Positions 18,447-28,835 are shown, numbered from the stretch's first letter. The stretch is DNA of 64,000 nucleotides from Fusobacterium sp. IOR10 (GCF_010367435.1 NZ_WJWY01000005.1:1-64000); one strand, 5' to 3'. A program made the numbers and translations. The notes: a model not told the origin generated them from the letters alone.

Positions 18447-19244
18447 TTATTTAATCTTATTTCCAAAGACATATTCTTCTATACTTTTAATTACCCCTGC
18501 ATCGTTGTTATCTCCACCTCTGTATTTGGCAATAGCCTTTAAATCAGGATGAGCATTGTCCATTGCAAAGGAATATTCCCCTTGTTTTATTAATTCATAA
18601 TCATTTAAATAATCTCCAAAAACCATTGTTTCAGATTTTTTTATTCCTAACTTTTCTTGTAATTTTCCCAAAGCTAGTCCCTTGTTAATATCCTTATCCA
18701 CAACATCTACCCAAATTTCTCCAGAAATTGCAACCTTGTATTTATCACAATATTTCTCATAATATGGATAAGCATTTTTTTCTGCACCTGTTAAGTCACA
18801 AACAGTTATTTTTAAAGCCTCATCGTCAACCTTTGTAATATCTTTCACAACTTCGTATCTTTTATAGTATTTTTCCAATTGTTCTATAAATTCAGGAGTT
18901 GTGTCTTCAATATAGGCTTTTTTCTTTCCACAAAAAATTACATGTCCTGTGGGAATTGTTCTTCCAATTTCAATTAACTTTATTGCATCTTCCCTAGGTA
19001 AACATTTTGAAAATAATTCCTTTCCATTTTCCATTACAATGGAACCATTTTCTGCAAGAATTATAATATTAGACTCTAAATTCTTAAAATATTCAAATAT
19101 ATTATAGTATTGTCTTCCACTTGCAATTAAAAAATATATACCCTTTTCTGTTAATTTCTCATGCAATTTCCAAAATCTGTCATCTATTTGTTTTTTATCA
19201 TTAAGTAATGTTCCATCCATGTCAACAGCTATTAATTTTATCAT
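18447..19244 (-). CDS. Cof-type HAD-IIB family hydrolase
   Basis: 265 aa; MIKLIAVDMDGTLL N-terminus, ...GDYLNDYEL... C-terminal motif. Confidence 0.8.
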   Translation of the reverse strand: MIKLIAVDMDGTLLNDKKQIDDRFWKLHEKLTEKGIYFLIASGRQYYNIFEYFKNLESNIIILAENGSIVMENGKELFSKCLPREDAIKLIEIGRTIPTGHVIFCGKKKAYIEDTTPEFIEQLEKYYKRYEVVKDITKVDDEALKITVCDLTGAEKNAYPYYEKYCDKYKVAISGEIWVDVVDKDINKGLALGKLQEKLGIKKSETMVFGDYLNDYELIKQGEYSFAMDNAHPDLKAIAKYRGGDNNDAGVIKSIEEYVFGNKIK

Positions 19245-19399
19245 ACTATCTCCTTAGAATTTATTTCTATTTCTTTTAATATAGTATAGTATACTTTCAT
19301 TATTTTTTCAACTTGGAAAGAAAAAAAGAGAGAACGGGAACTTTCTCTCTTTTTACAAACTAATGTGATTATAAGTAAAAACTCATTTTAAACTTATAT

Positions 19400-20746
19400 T
19401 TATTCTGCCTTACCTGTTTCAAAATTCCAAGGATGTTTTCTTAAATACATATCTGAAAATGGAATATATATTGAAACTAAAGTAAGGATTAATAATAATC
19501 CTTGGTACCATAATAATGGGAATACATCTAGAAAACTAATTGCTCCATTTGTGAAACTTAAAAGAATCAACATTTGAGCCCCGTAAGGTATTATTCCTTG
19601 TCCTACACAAGAAAAAATATCTAGTATTGTGGCAGTTTTTCTAGGATCTATCTTGTATTCTTCACTGATATTCTTTGCTATTGGTCCACTAATAATAATT
19701 GCAACTGTATTATTTGCAACAGCTACATCTATTAGTCCAACTAGCATTCCTATTCCTAAAGTTGCACTTTTTTTACCTTTCATCATTTTTGAAGCTTGTT
19801 CTATTAACCAATGAACACCTCCAGCTCTTCTAACTAGAGCAGCAAGTCCTCCTGTTAATAAAGATAATAGGAAAATTTCATTCATACCCTTAAAACCATT
19901 GTAAATTTCTCCTGCATAGGCAAGTAATGTAAATTCACCATAGGCAAATCCAATTATTCCTGAAACCATTATTCCCAAAGTAAGAACTGCAAATACATTT
20001 ACTCCAACAAGAGATAGTCCTAATACTAAAATATAAGGAATTATTTTTATTAGAGAATAAGCATACTCTTGAACTTCTGGAACTACTTCAGGTTTACCAA
20101 ATATAACCAATAGAACTAAAGTAATAATTGCTGCTATTCCTGCAATTACTAAGTTAACTCTAAATTTATCTCTCATTTCAACACCTTGAGTTCTTGTGGC
20201 TGCTATAGTTGTATCTGATATAACTGATAAGTTATCTCCAAACATAGCTCCACCTATTAAAGCTGCCATTACAAAGGCCATTGGAACTCCACTTTTTTGA
20301 GCTAGTCCAACACCTATTGGTCCTATTGCAACTATTGATCCAACTGATGTTCCTGTTGCTGTTGAAATAAAAGCTGCTATTATGAATATTCCTGCTGCGA
20401 TAAATTGAGGGGGAATATAAGTTAATCCAAAATTTACTGTTGAATCTACCCCACCCATTGCTTTAGAAACTGTTGCAAAGGCACCAGCTAATAAATAAAT
20501 TATACACATGATTAAAATGTCTTGATCTCCGCATCCCTTAAGGAAACAATCAAATTTCTCTGTTAAATTACCTTTAAATATTAAAAATGCTACTATTACA
20601 CCTACAAATATAGCAACTGGTGCTGGTAATTGATAAAAGGCCATTGGAACACCTTTCATTTTAAGAATAATCCCAGTTCCTAAATAAATTAAAATAAAAA
20701 CTATAAATGGCACCAACCCTAAAAAACTACTTTTCTTCTCTTCCAT
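19400..20746 (-). CDS. Na+/H+ antiporter NhaC family protein
   Basis: The ORF track starts at 20779, but a strong AAGGGGGG RBS sits 3 nt before the internal ATG at 20746 (MEEKKSSFLGLVPF...). Polytopic NhaC-like profile. Confidence 0.7.
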   Translation of the reverse strand: MEEKKSSFLGLVPFIVFILIYLGTGIILKMKGVPMAFYQLPAPVAIFVGVIVAFLIFKGNLTEKFDCFLKGCGDQDILIMCIIYLLAGAFATVSKAMGGVDSTVNFGLTYIPPQFIAAGIFIIAAFISTATGTSVGSIVAIGPIGVGLAQKSGVPMAFVMAALIGGAMFGDNLSVISDTTIAATRTQGVEMRDKFRVNLVIAGIAAIITLVLLVIFGKPEVVPEVQEYAYSLIKIIPYILVLGLSLVGVNVFAVLTLGIMVSGIIGFAYGEFTLLAYAGEIYNGFKGMNEIFLLSLLTGGLAALVRRAGGVHWLIEQASKMMKGKKSATLGIGMLVGLIDVAVANNTVAIIISGPIAKNISEEYKIDPRKTATILDIFSCVGQGIIPYGAQMLILLSFTNGAISFLDVFPLLWYQGLLLILTLVSIYIPFSDMYLRKHPWNFETGKAE

Positions 20747-20906
20747 ATACCCCCCTTTAAATAGTAAATACATATACATAGGTCTCCCTATAATGAAGAC
20801 CTATATATATTATTATTTTTTTCCTACAAAAAACAAATTTACTATTTGAAAGATTATATCATATTCCATTCATATTTTATATAGTATTTTTCATATTTCT
20901 ATATTT

Positions 20907-21845
20907 TTATAATTCTTCTCCACATCTTTTTAATAATCTCGCCCATCTAATGTCAACTTCTTTTTGGAATTGTTCTAATAAATGCTCATTTCCTTTTTTA
21001 AATAGATGTTTAAATCTACCTTGAGTCTTTAAGAATTCTGTAACTGGTAATTTTGTTTTTGGTCTATAAGAAAGTTTCCATTCTCCATCTATAACTTCAT
21101 ATAATGGCCAGTAACAAGTTTCAACTGCTGCCTTACAAATTTCCATAATTTTTTCTGAACTATATCTCCATCCTCTTGGACATGGTGCCATTACTGATAA
21201 ATATGCTGCACCTTCTGTATATATAGCTTTTTCAGCCTTTTCATATAAATCCTTCATATTTCCAATTAAAGTAGATTGTCCAACATAAGGTATATTATGA
21301 GCGGCCATTATTGCAGTTAAGTCCTTTTGTACTTGAACTTTTCCTGGAATAACTGTTCCTGCTGGAGTTGTTGTTGTATCTGCATAGTGAGGAGTAGCTG
21401 ATGATCTTTGGATACCTGTATTCATATAAGCACCGTTGTCATAACATACATAAACCATATCATGACCTCTTTCCATAGCCCCTGACAATGATTGGAACCC
21501 TATATCATATGTTCCACCGTCTCCACCAAATGCAATAAATTTAAATGTTTCTTTAATTCTACCTCTTTTCTTTAATACTTTATAAGCTGTTTCAACACCA
21601 CTTATTGTTGCCCCAGCATTTTCAAATGCTGAATGAATAAATGAATCTGTCCAAGCTGTATATGGATATAAAAATGTAGATACTTCTAAACAACTTGTAG
21701 CACTACATATAACTGCGTGATCTTCTGGTTTTAAAGCTCTTAAGACTGTTCTAACTGCTATTGGTGCTCCACAACCAGCACACATTCTTTGCCCACCAGT
21801 TAATCTTTCAGGCTTACTCATTACTTCTTTAAAATTATATGCCAT
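20907..21845 (-). CDS. porB: 2-oxoacid:ferredoxin oxidoreductase, beta (TPP-binding) subunit
   Basis: 312 aa; CAGCG...GDGG TPP/Fe-S motifs of PorB/VorB/KorB. Confidence 0.85.
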   Translation of the reverse strand: MAYNFKEVMSKPERLTGGQRMCAGCGAPIAVRTVLRALKPEDHAVICSATSCLEVSTFLYPYTAWTDSFIHSAFENAGATISGVETAYKVLKKRGRIKETFKFIAFGGDGGTYDIGFQSLSGAMERGHDMVYVCYDNGAYMNTGIQRSSATPHYADTTTTPAGTVIPGKVQVQKDLTAIMAAHNIPYVGQSTLIGNMKDLYEKAEKAIYTEGAAYLSVMAPCPRGWRYSSEKIMEICKAAVETCYWPLYEVIDGEWKLSYRPKTKLPVTEFLKTQGRFKHLFKKGNEHLLEQFQKEVDIRWARLLKRCGEEL

Positions 21846-21856
21846 TGAATTTCCTC

Positions 21857-23038
21857 CTATTCTCTTACACCTAGAAATCTATATGTTTCCAAAGTCTCTT
21901 TACTATCTTTTTCAGCTAGTAAAGTTTCAAAAATTCCTTTTATATGATCGATAGTTACATCTCTTCCACCTAGACCATAAACATAGTTTACTATTTTAGG
22001 AGAGTTTACCACATCATACAAAGCTGATCTAGTTTCTGCAAAAACTGGTCCACCACAAGCTGAGAATCCTTCTGATTTATCCATAACTGCAACCATATCA
22101 ATGTGTTTAAGAGCATCTGCTAGTTCTTCCATTGGGAAAGGTCTAAATACTCTTAGTTTTAAAACTCCAACTTTTTTACCTGCAGCTCTTAATTCATCCA
22201 CTGCTTCCTTTGCTGTACCAGCTGTTGAACTTAAAACTACAATAGCTACCTGTGCATCATCTAATTTATATTCTTCAAATAATCCATATTTTCTTCCTGA
22301 AATTTTTTCAAATTTTTCTGCAGCTTTTAATATAACTTCCTTAGCATTGATCATTCCTTGAGCTTGAAGTCTTTTATGTTCCATATAGTATTTTTCAATA
22401 TCATAAGGTCCATGAGCTATTGGTCTAGCTGCATTTAATAAGTAATCTTCTGGTGCATATTCCCCTACAAAATCCTTAACTGTTTTATCATCTAACAATT
22501 CAATATTTTCAACTGCATGGGAAGTAATAAATCCATCTTGACAAACCATTACTGGTAATTGAACTTCTGGATCTTCACCTATTGTAACAGCTTGTATAAA
22601 GTTGTCATAGGCTTCTTGATTTGTTTCACTATATATTTGAATCCAACCTGCATCCCTTGCACCCATAGAGTCACTATGATCTGCATTGATATTTATTGGA
22701 CCTGACAAAGCTCTGTTAACACAAGCTAAAGTTATTGGCAATCTAGATGAAGCTGCTACATATAGCATTTCAAACATTAAAGCCAATCCACAAGAAGAAG
22801 TAGCACTAAAGGTTCTTGCACCTGCTGCTTCAGCTCCTATAGCTGCTGACATAGCACTGTGTTCTGATTCAACTGGAATAAATTCAGTATCAACTTGTCC
22901 GTTAGCAACAAATTGTGAGAAATATTGAGGTATCTCAGTTGATGGTGTAATAGGAAAAGCTGGCATTACATCTGGATTTATTTGTCTCATAGCAATGGCT
23001 ATAGCTTCATTACCTGACATTCTTTCTTTTATACTCAT
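21857..23038 (-). CDS. porA: 2-oxoacid:ferredoxin oxidoreductase, alpha subunit
   Basis: 393 aa; PorA/VorA-like N-terminal domain (MSGNEAIAIAMRQINPDVMPAFPITPSTEI). Confidence 0.85.
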   Translation of the reverse strand: MSIKERMSGNEAIAIAMRQINPDVMPAFPITPSTEIPQYFSQFVANGQVDTEFIPVESEHSAMSAAIGAEAAGARTFSATSSCGLALMFEMLYVAASSRLPITLACVNRALSGPININADHSDSMGARDAGWIQIYSETNQEAYDNFIQAVTIGEDPEVQLPVMVCQDGFITSHAVENIELLDDKTVKDFVGEYAPEDYLLNAARPIAHGPYDIEKYYMEHKRLQAQGMINAKEVILKAAEKFEKISGRKYGLFEEYKLDDAQVAIVVLSSTAGTAKEAVDELRAAGKKVGVLKLRVFRPFPMEELADALKHIDMVAVMDKSEGFSACGGPVFAETRSALYDVVNSPKIVNYVYGLGGRDVTIDHIKGIFETLLAEKDSKETLETYRFLGVRE

Positions 23039-23056
23039 TAATTTTTCCTCCTAACT

Positions 23057-23359
23057 TTATTCTTTAACAAATTCTATTGCATCAAAGGGACATACTTCAT
23101 AACAAATCCCGCAACCTTTACAGTGATCATAGTCAAAATCTAATCTTTTTCCATCTACAACTGGAATTGAAGAATCTGGACAAACTGGAGCACACAATAA
23201 ACATCGTTTACATTTATCAGCAATAAATACTGGTCTCATTGATCTCCAGTCACCTGTTTTAAAATGTTTTGCACTTCCTGACTCATAAACTACTCCACCT
23301 GGAGTTATATCTTTCCAAGACATTGTTTCTTCTATAGCTACACCTTTTTTATTTTTCAT
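23057..23359 (-). CDS. porD: 2-oxoacid:ferredoxin oxidoreductase, delta subunit (2x[4Fe-4S] ferredoxin)
   Basis: 100 aa with CKRCLLCAPVCP and CKGCGICYEVCP motifs. Confidence 0.85.
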   Translation of the reverse strand: MKNKKGVAIEETMSWKDITPGGVVYESGSAKHFKTGDWRSMRPVFIADKCKRCLLCAPVCPDSSIPVVDGKRLDFDYDHCKGCGICYEVCPFDAIEFVKE

Positions 23360-23360
23360 C

Positions 23361-23936
23361 CTATTTCTTCACCTCTTTCATAGAACGTACTAAAGCTTCC
23401 ATATTTCCCTTAAGCACTTCTGGTTTAGTTGCAAATTTATGTTTAAAAGAATCTTCCATTGACTCAATAAACTGAGTTTCATCAAGAACTCCACTTATTT
23501 TAACTATTGCCCCTAGCATTGGAGTATTAGGGAAATTCTTACCTAAACATTCTTCAGATATTTTTCTTGCATCACAAGTATAAACTCCTCCCTTGTATCC
23601 CTTTAATAAAGGTCTAATTTCATCTGGGGATTTAGGAGTATTAATAACTATTGCTCCTTTTTCTTGTAATCCTTTTGTAACATCAACACTTGAAAGTAAT
23701 GTTTCATCAACTACAACTACAAACTCAGGCTCATAAATGTTAGAATGAACTCTAACTCTTTCATCAGATATACGGTTATATGCTGTAATTGGAGCTCCCA
23801 TTCTCTCAGGACCATACTCAGGAAATCCTTGAACATATTTACCAGTACTAAAAGCAGAATCTGCTAAAAGAAGTGATGCTGTTTTTGCTCCTTGTCCACC
23901 TCTACCATGCCATCTAATTTCTACTACTTCTTTCAT
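23361..23936 (-). CDS. porG: 2-oxoacid:ferredoxin oxidoreductase, gamma subunit
   Basis: The track begins at 23978, but AAGGAG lies 8 nt before the internal ATG at 23936 (MKEVVEIRWHGRGGQGA...), the conserved gamma-subunit N-terminus. Confidence 0.8.
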   Translation of the reverse strand: MKEVVEIRWHGRGGQGAKTASLLLADSAFSTGKYVQGFPEYGPERMGAPITAYNRISDERVRVHSNIYEPEFVVVVDETLLSSVDVTKGLQEKGAIVINTPKSPDEIRPLLKGYKGGVYTCDARKISEECLGKNFPNTPMLGAIVKISGVLDETQFIESMEDSFKHKFATKPEVLKGNMEALVRSMKEVKK

Positions 23937-24000
23937 CCTTTCGTCTCCTTTACTATCTTTTATATATAAATCATACAAAATACAACAAATTAATAACTTC

Positions 24001-24663
24001 CTAACTTTCCATTTTCTTTATAGTGTTTAAATATCTATATACTGTAGGTTCTGAAATTTTTAAAGATTCTGAAACTTCTGATATTCCACCTCTTAAATTA
24101 AATATACCCTTACTATCTAACTTTTTTATAACATTTAATTTTTCTTCTTTATTTAGTCTTTGCCAGTCATAGCCATTTTTAGTTAAATAACTTGAAAGAG
24201 ATGCATTTATCATCTCCTTTACAGATTTTGGGAAATCTGCAACTATAGTTGGTTTTTCCAAGTCTTCCTTTCTAATTCCATAATAGGCTAAATCATTTAA
24301 TTCTTTACTCATTGTAAGATATTTTGTAATATCCACATTTACGCAAAGCATGCCTAAAAGATTTTCCTTGTCATCCTTTATGAACAAAGTTGAAGATCTT
24401 AGAATTTTCCCCCCTGTAACTCCTTTGTAATTCATAACAAAATTTTCATTTTTAAATATTTCAGTTTCAAGTAAATTAAGACCAAACTCTGTCATTGGAG
24501 CTCCATCGCTTCTTCCACTTACATAATTATTAAAAATCTTCACACCTGAATGATCTATATCCCTTAAATCATGTAGAACAACCTCCACATTTTCCCCAAA
24601 ACACTTGGATATAAATTCCCCTATAACTATATATTTTTGTAAAATATGTTCCGCTTTAGTCAT
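24001..24663 (-). CDS. YheO-like PAS-domain transcriptional regulator with C-terminal HTH
   Basis: 220 aa; EVVLHDL...GRSDGAPMT N-terminal YheO/PAS-like block and a C-terminal HTH (ISEPTVYRYLN). Co-directional with and 64 bp upstream of porG. Confidence 0.55.
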   Translation of the reverse strand: MTKAEHILQKYIVIGEFISKCFGENVEVVLHDLRDIDHSGVKIFNNYVSGRSDGAPMTEFGLNLLETEIFKNENFVMNYKGVTGGKILRSSTLFIKDDKENLLGMLCVNVDITKYLTMSKELNDLAYYGIRKEDLEKPTIVADFPKSVKEMINASLSSYLTKNGYDWQRLNKEEKLNVIKKLDSKGIFNLRGGISEVSESLKISEPTVYRYLNTIKKMES

Positions 24664-24814
24664 TATCTACCTCTTTTTTTACTAAATGTTAATATTATAA
24701 TCTCCACAACAAAAGGATACCTCTTTTTGTTAAAATTGTCAATAATTTTTTTATCACTGTGATATTTTTTTTATCATAAATTCCTCCTATGTTTTTTATT
24801 ATTAAAGTTGTAAA

Positions 24815-24860
24815 CAAAATAAAAAAGGTAATCTTAATTTTCTAAGATTACCTTTTAAAT
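24815..24860. terminator. Bidirectional Rho-independent terminator downstream of the ABC operon
   Basis: aaaaggtaatctta-attttc-taagattacctttt, a 14-bp perfect stem with flanking A/T runs. Confidence 0.55.
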
Positions 24861-24894
24861 AATTTCAATTCCAATTTAATTATATATACATTTT

Positions 24895-25047
24895 TCAAGC
24901 TTGGCCAATGTATCCCAAATGGAAGTTAGATATATTTTTTGTACTACTTAGAATATTATTTGTTTTTTCTAATATAATTATTATGCTTATTATTATTATT
25001 GTAATTATTATATTTATAACAAATATTATACTTTGTAGTATAGTCAT
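24895..25047 (-). CDS. Possible 50-aa Ile-rich hydrophobic micro-protein at the 3' end of the ABC operon (could be an AT-richness artefact)
   Basis: MTILQSIIFVINIIITIIIISIIIILEKTNNILSSTKNISNFHLGYIGQA, with GGAG 9 nt upstream. Lies between the ATPase stop and the terminator. Confidence 0.2.
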   Translation of the reverse strand: MTILQSIIFVINIIITIIIISIIIILEKTNNILSSTKNISNFHLGYIGQA

Positions 25048-25101
25048 ATATACTTTCTCCTTCCTTTCCATTTAAAAAAAATTGTTTTTTATTAAATTTA
25101 A

Positions 25102-25893
25102 TTATGCAGCAAATACGCTTTTATCGTCTAACTGCCCCTTTGCATTTTGGAATTTTTCTAATAATTTTTCTGTTGTTAAATTTTGTTTTTCTGTTCCTGA
25201 AACATTTAAAATTATACGACCCTCATGAAGCATAATAAGCCTGTCCCCATAAGTAATTGCATCTTCTAAATTATGAGTTATCATTAGAGCTGTAATGTTA
25301 TTTTTTCTAACTATCTCATCTGTTTTATCTAAAATTATTCTAGATGTTTTAGGATCAAGAGCTGCTGTATGCTCATCTAGCAACAATAATTTTGGTTTGT
25401 TTAAAGTTACCATTAAAAGAGCTAAACACTGTCTTTGCCCCCCTGATAATAATCCAACCTCTGTATCCAATTGTTTTTCTATTCCTAGATCCAATTCCTC
25501 TAAAAGTTTTTTATATATATTTTTTCTCTTGTGGTTTAAACCAATTGTAAAATTAAACTTTTTACCCTTATTGTCAGCCATTGATAAATTTTCAAAAACT
25601 GTCATAGAAGGAGCAGTTCCAACCTTAGGATCTTGGTAAACCTTAGATATGAAATTATTTTTTTTATAGAATTTTAAATTTGTTATGTCTTTATCTTCTA
25701 AACACACATTTCCACAGTCTGGTTCTATACTTCCCATTATTAGATTCAAAAGAGTTGACTTTCCAGCTCCATTACTTCCTATTACTGTTATGAACTCACC
25801 TTTGTTTATTTCTAAGTTTAAATTATTGAAAACTTTCTTCCTTGTACCTAACTCAGATACGAAAGTTTTAGTTATAGAATTTAATTTAAGCAT
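25102..25893 (-). CDS. ABC transporter ATP-binding protein (COG1101-type)
   Basis: 263 aa; Walker A GSNGAGKST, signature LSGGQRQ, Walker B LLLLDEHTAALD. Confidence 0.85.
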   Translation of the reverse strand: MLKLNSITKTFVSELGTRKKVFNNLNLEINKGEFITVIGSNGAGKSTLLNLIMGSIEPDCGNVCLEDKDITNLKFYKKNNFISKVYQDPKVGTAPSMTVFENLSMADNKGKKFNFTIGLNHKRKNIYKKLLEELDLGIEKQLDTEVGLLSGGQRQCLALLMVTLNKPKLLLLDEHTAALDPKTSRIILDKTDEIVRKNNITALMITHNLEDAITYGDRLIMLHEGRIILNVSGTEKQNLTTEKLLEKFQNAKGQLDDKSVFAA

Positions 25894-26734
25894 TCTTGAT
25901 CCCCCCTTTTTTCAACATTTTATTATTTTTCAAAGCTAAAATTACAACTACTATAATTGCAGATATTAATTTTAAATCACTTGCATTGAATCCAATTTTT
26001 AAAGCTAAAGTTATTATTATTTTATAAATAATAGTTCCAACTATAACTGTTGTAGTTAATGTAAATTTTCTTCTATTTTTTATTATTGTTTCACCTATGA
26101 TAATTGAAGCTAAACCTGTTACTATTGTTCCAGTACCCATCCCAACATCTGCAAAGCCTTGATATTGAGCATATAGTCCACCTGACAAAGCAACTATTCC
26201 ATTGGATATTACTAATCCATATATTTTCAATTTACTTTTATCTACACCTAAAGTTTCAACTAAAGTTTCATTGTCCCCTAGGGCCTTTAATATAAATCCA
26301 AATTTTGTTTTAAATAAAAAGTCCAAAGATAATTTACATAAAATTACAATTATACTTATTAGTAATAGTTTATTAATATGTAAAGTAAACAAATGATTCA
26401 CTGTGAATAAAGAAATATTAGATCTACCCATTATTTTTATATTAATACTGTAAAGACCTGTCATTACTATTATCCCAGCAAGTAAGTTTGCTATTTTATA
26501 TTTAACATTTATATATCCTGTTATAAATCCTGCTATGCTTCCACCAACTACAGCTAGTAACAAAGCTAATACTGGATTCATTCCTTTTACTAAACAACTT
26601 GCAACTATTGATGCTCCTAGTGGAAAACTTCCGTCAACTGTCATATCAGGAAAGTCTAATATCCTAAAGGATATATATACACCCATAACCATTATTGCAA
26701 ATATTAAGCTCTGTTCTAAAGTACCAATTAACAT
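25886..26734 (-). CDS. ABC transporter permease (COG4120-type)
   Basis: 282 aa polytopic permease overlapping the ATPase start by 8 bp. Confidence 0.7.
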   Translation of the reverse strand: MLIGTLEQSLIFAIMVMGVYISFRILDFPDMTVDGSFPLGASIVASCLVKGMNPVLALLLAVVGGSIAGFITGYINVKYKIANLLAGIIVMTGLYSINIKIMGRSNISLFTVNHLFTLHINKLLLISIIVILCKLSLDFLFKTKFGFILKALGDNETLVETLGVDKSKLKIYGLVISNGIVALSGGLYAQYQGFADVGMGTGTIVTGLASIIIGETIIKNRRKFTLTTTVIVGTIIYKIIITLALKIGFNASDLKLISAIIVVVILALKNNKMLKKGGIKNA

Positions 26735-26774
26735 CCTATCACCCTTTCCCCTTACATCATTTGTGCTCTATTTT

Positions 26775-27722
26775 TTAGTTCAGCTGGAAATTAATGTTTA
26801 ATCTTTCTGCCACTTCTTTGTTTATTAATAATTTTGTATCCCTTTGTGTTTCAATTGGAATATCCTTAGGATTTTCTCCATTTAATACTCTTACTGCAAT
26901 TTCCCCTGTTTGATATCCTAATTGTTTGTAATCTAATGTTTCTGTAGCTAGGGCTCCTTGGATAACTTGATCTTCTATACAACCTATAACTGGTACATTT
27001 GCCTCATTTGCCTTTGATAAAACTAAAGGTGTTGCAGCAACAATTAAATTATCTGTTGGAGTATAAAGTACATCAACATCTTTTAACAAAACATCTAGGG
27101 CTTGACCAACTTCATTTACACTTGTTACTCCCTTTTCAACAACTTTGTATCCATATTTTTCACTTTCAACTTTTAATTTTTTAACTAAAATTTGAGAATT
27201 TTCTTCACTTGTGTTATATACAACTCCTATTCTTTTAGTATTTGGAAGCAAAGCTTTTATTAGCTCAACTTGCTTATTAACTGGAGCCATATCACTAGTT
27301 CCTGTTATGTTATCTCCAACTAAACCAACTGCAACTGGATCTGTTACTGCAGTTATTAATATTGGAATATCCTTTGTTGCATTAAATGCTGATTGAGCTG
27401 ATGGAGTTGATACAGCTAAGATCAAATCCTTTTTACTTTGAACAAAGTTTGAAGCTATAGTTTGAGCTATTCCAAAATCCCCTTGGGCATTTTGAGCTTC
27501 TATGTTTACCTTGTCTTCTGTATAGCCACCATCTTCTAGAGCTTCTTTAAATCCTGCAACTGTAGCATCTAAAGCTGGATGTTCAATTATTTGTGTTATT
27601 CCTATGTTTATTTTTTTATTATTAGTGGAACTTTCCTTTCCACATGCTGCTAATATCATAACTCCTAGTAAAGTTATTCCTATTTTCTTTATATTTTTCC
27701 TAATTATATTCATTATTATCAC
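26775..27722 (-). CDS. ABC transporter substrate-binding lipoprotein (COG2984 / ABC_sub_bind family), paralog 1
   Basis: 315 aa; lipobox LAAC; KINIGITQIIEHPALDA...ILAVSTP...TAVTDPVAVGLV, characteristic of the TrpX-like SBP family. Confidence 0.7.
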   Translation of the reverse strand: MIIMNIIRKNIKKIGITLLGVMILAACGKESSTNNKKINIGITQIIEHPALDATVAGFKEALEDGGYTEDKVNIEAQNAQGDFGIAQTIASNFVQSKKDLILAVSTPSAQSAFNATKDIPILITAVTDPVAVGLVGDNITGTSDMAPVNKQVELIKALLPNTKRIGVVYNTSEENSQILVKKLKVESEKYGYKVVEKGVTSVNEVGQALDVLLKDVDVLYTPTDNLIVAATPLVLSKANEANVPVIGCIEDQVIQGALATETLDYKQLGYQTGEIAVRVLNGENPKDIPIETQRDTKLLINKEVAERLNINFQLN

Positions 27723-27890
27723 CCCTAAAGATTTATTTTGTATGGAATAATGATACCATTGTTAGGGCATTATTTATAGATAACAATTTTTTTATTCTTT
27801 TGTTCTACTTTTTTTGATATTTTTTTAAAAATTACTTATTTACCAATAACTTTTTTTATTTATTGTTATTTTTGTTGTTCGTATATATCA

Positions 27891-28835
27891 TTAATTTAAT
27901 TCATCCATTAGTTCTTTTGGAATAATTACGTTAAATTTCTTAGCCATTTCTTTGTTTATCATTAGCTGTGTATCTTCTAAAGTTTCAATTGGCATATCAC
28001 TTATTTTTTCCCCATTTAAAACTTTAACTGCCATTTCCCCTGTTTGGTATCCTAAATTTCTAAAACTAAGAGCTTCTGTTGCCAAGGCTCCAGCTTTAAA
28101 TTGTGCTGCGTCTGATGTAATTATAGGAATATTTCTTTCTTCAGCTCTATTTGAAATTAAACTCATAGATGCAGTTATAACATTATCACTTGGTGTGTAT
28201 AGTACATCTATTTCACCTAATAAAACATCAACTGCTTGTCCTACTTCATTTATATTTGTTACACCCTTTTCAACAATTTCATAACCTAAAGGTTCTGCTA
28301 TACTTTTCATTTTCTTTAAAAGTACTCTTGAATTTTCTTCACTTGTATTATATAAGAAACCTATTTTCTTAGCTTTAGGAAGTAAAGTCTTCATTAGAGC
28401 AACTTGTTTTTCCATTGGTGGCATATCACTAGTTCCTGTTATGTTATCCCCAACTAAACCAACTGCAACTGGATCTGTTACTGCAGTTATTAATATTGGA
28501 ATATCCTTTGTTGCATTAAATACTGATTGAGCTGATGGAGTTGATACAGCTAAGATCAAATCCTTTTTACTTTGAACAAAGTTTGAAGCTATAGTTTGAG
28601 CCACTCCAAAGTCCCCTTGGGCATTTTGAATTTCTATGTTTACTTTGTCTTCTGTATAGCCCCCATCTTCTAGAGCTTCTCTAAATCCTACAACTGCAGC
28701 ATCTAAAGCTGGATGTTCGATTATTTGTGTTATTCCTATATTTATTTTTTTCTTATTTGCAGCTTCTTTTTTTCCACATCCAAAAATAAACAAACTTGCT
28801 ATTATTAACATTGATATTTTTTTCATATTGTTCAT
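27891..28835 (-). CDS. ABC transporter substrate-binding lipoprotein (COG2984 family), paralog 2
   Basis: 314 aa; lipobox IFGC. The N-terminal approx. 145 aa is over 90% identical to paralog 1 (DNA nearly identical 27290-27620 vs 28430-28760), while the C-terminal half diverges. Confidence 0.7.
   Translation of the reverse strand: MNNMKKISMLIIASLFIFGCGKKEAANKKKINIGITQIIEHPALDAAVVGFREALEDGGYTEDKVNIEIQNAQGDFGVAQTIASNFVQSKKDLILAVSTPSAQSVFNATKDIPILITAVTDPVAVGLVGDNITGTSDMPPMEKQVALMKTLLPKAKKIGFLYNTSEENSRVLLKKMKSIAEPLGYEIVEKGVTNINEVGQAVDVLLGEIDVLYTPSDNVITASMSLISNRAEERNIPIITSDAAQFKAGALATEALSFRNLGYQTGEMAVKVLNGEKISDMPIETLEDTQLMINKEMAKKFNVIIPKELMDELN

Noticed and set aside
20789-20817. Inverted repeat ataggtct-N11-agacctat between porB and nhaC as a possible terminator
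   Set aside because: No U-tract follows on the minus strand (the strand of both flanking genes). It may be a protein-binding site, but I cannot support a call.
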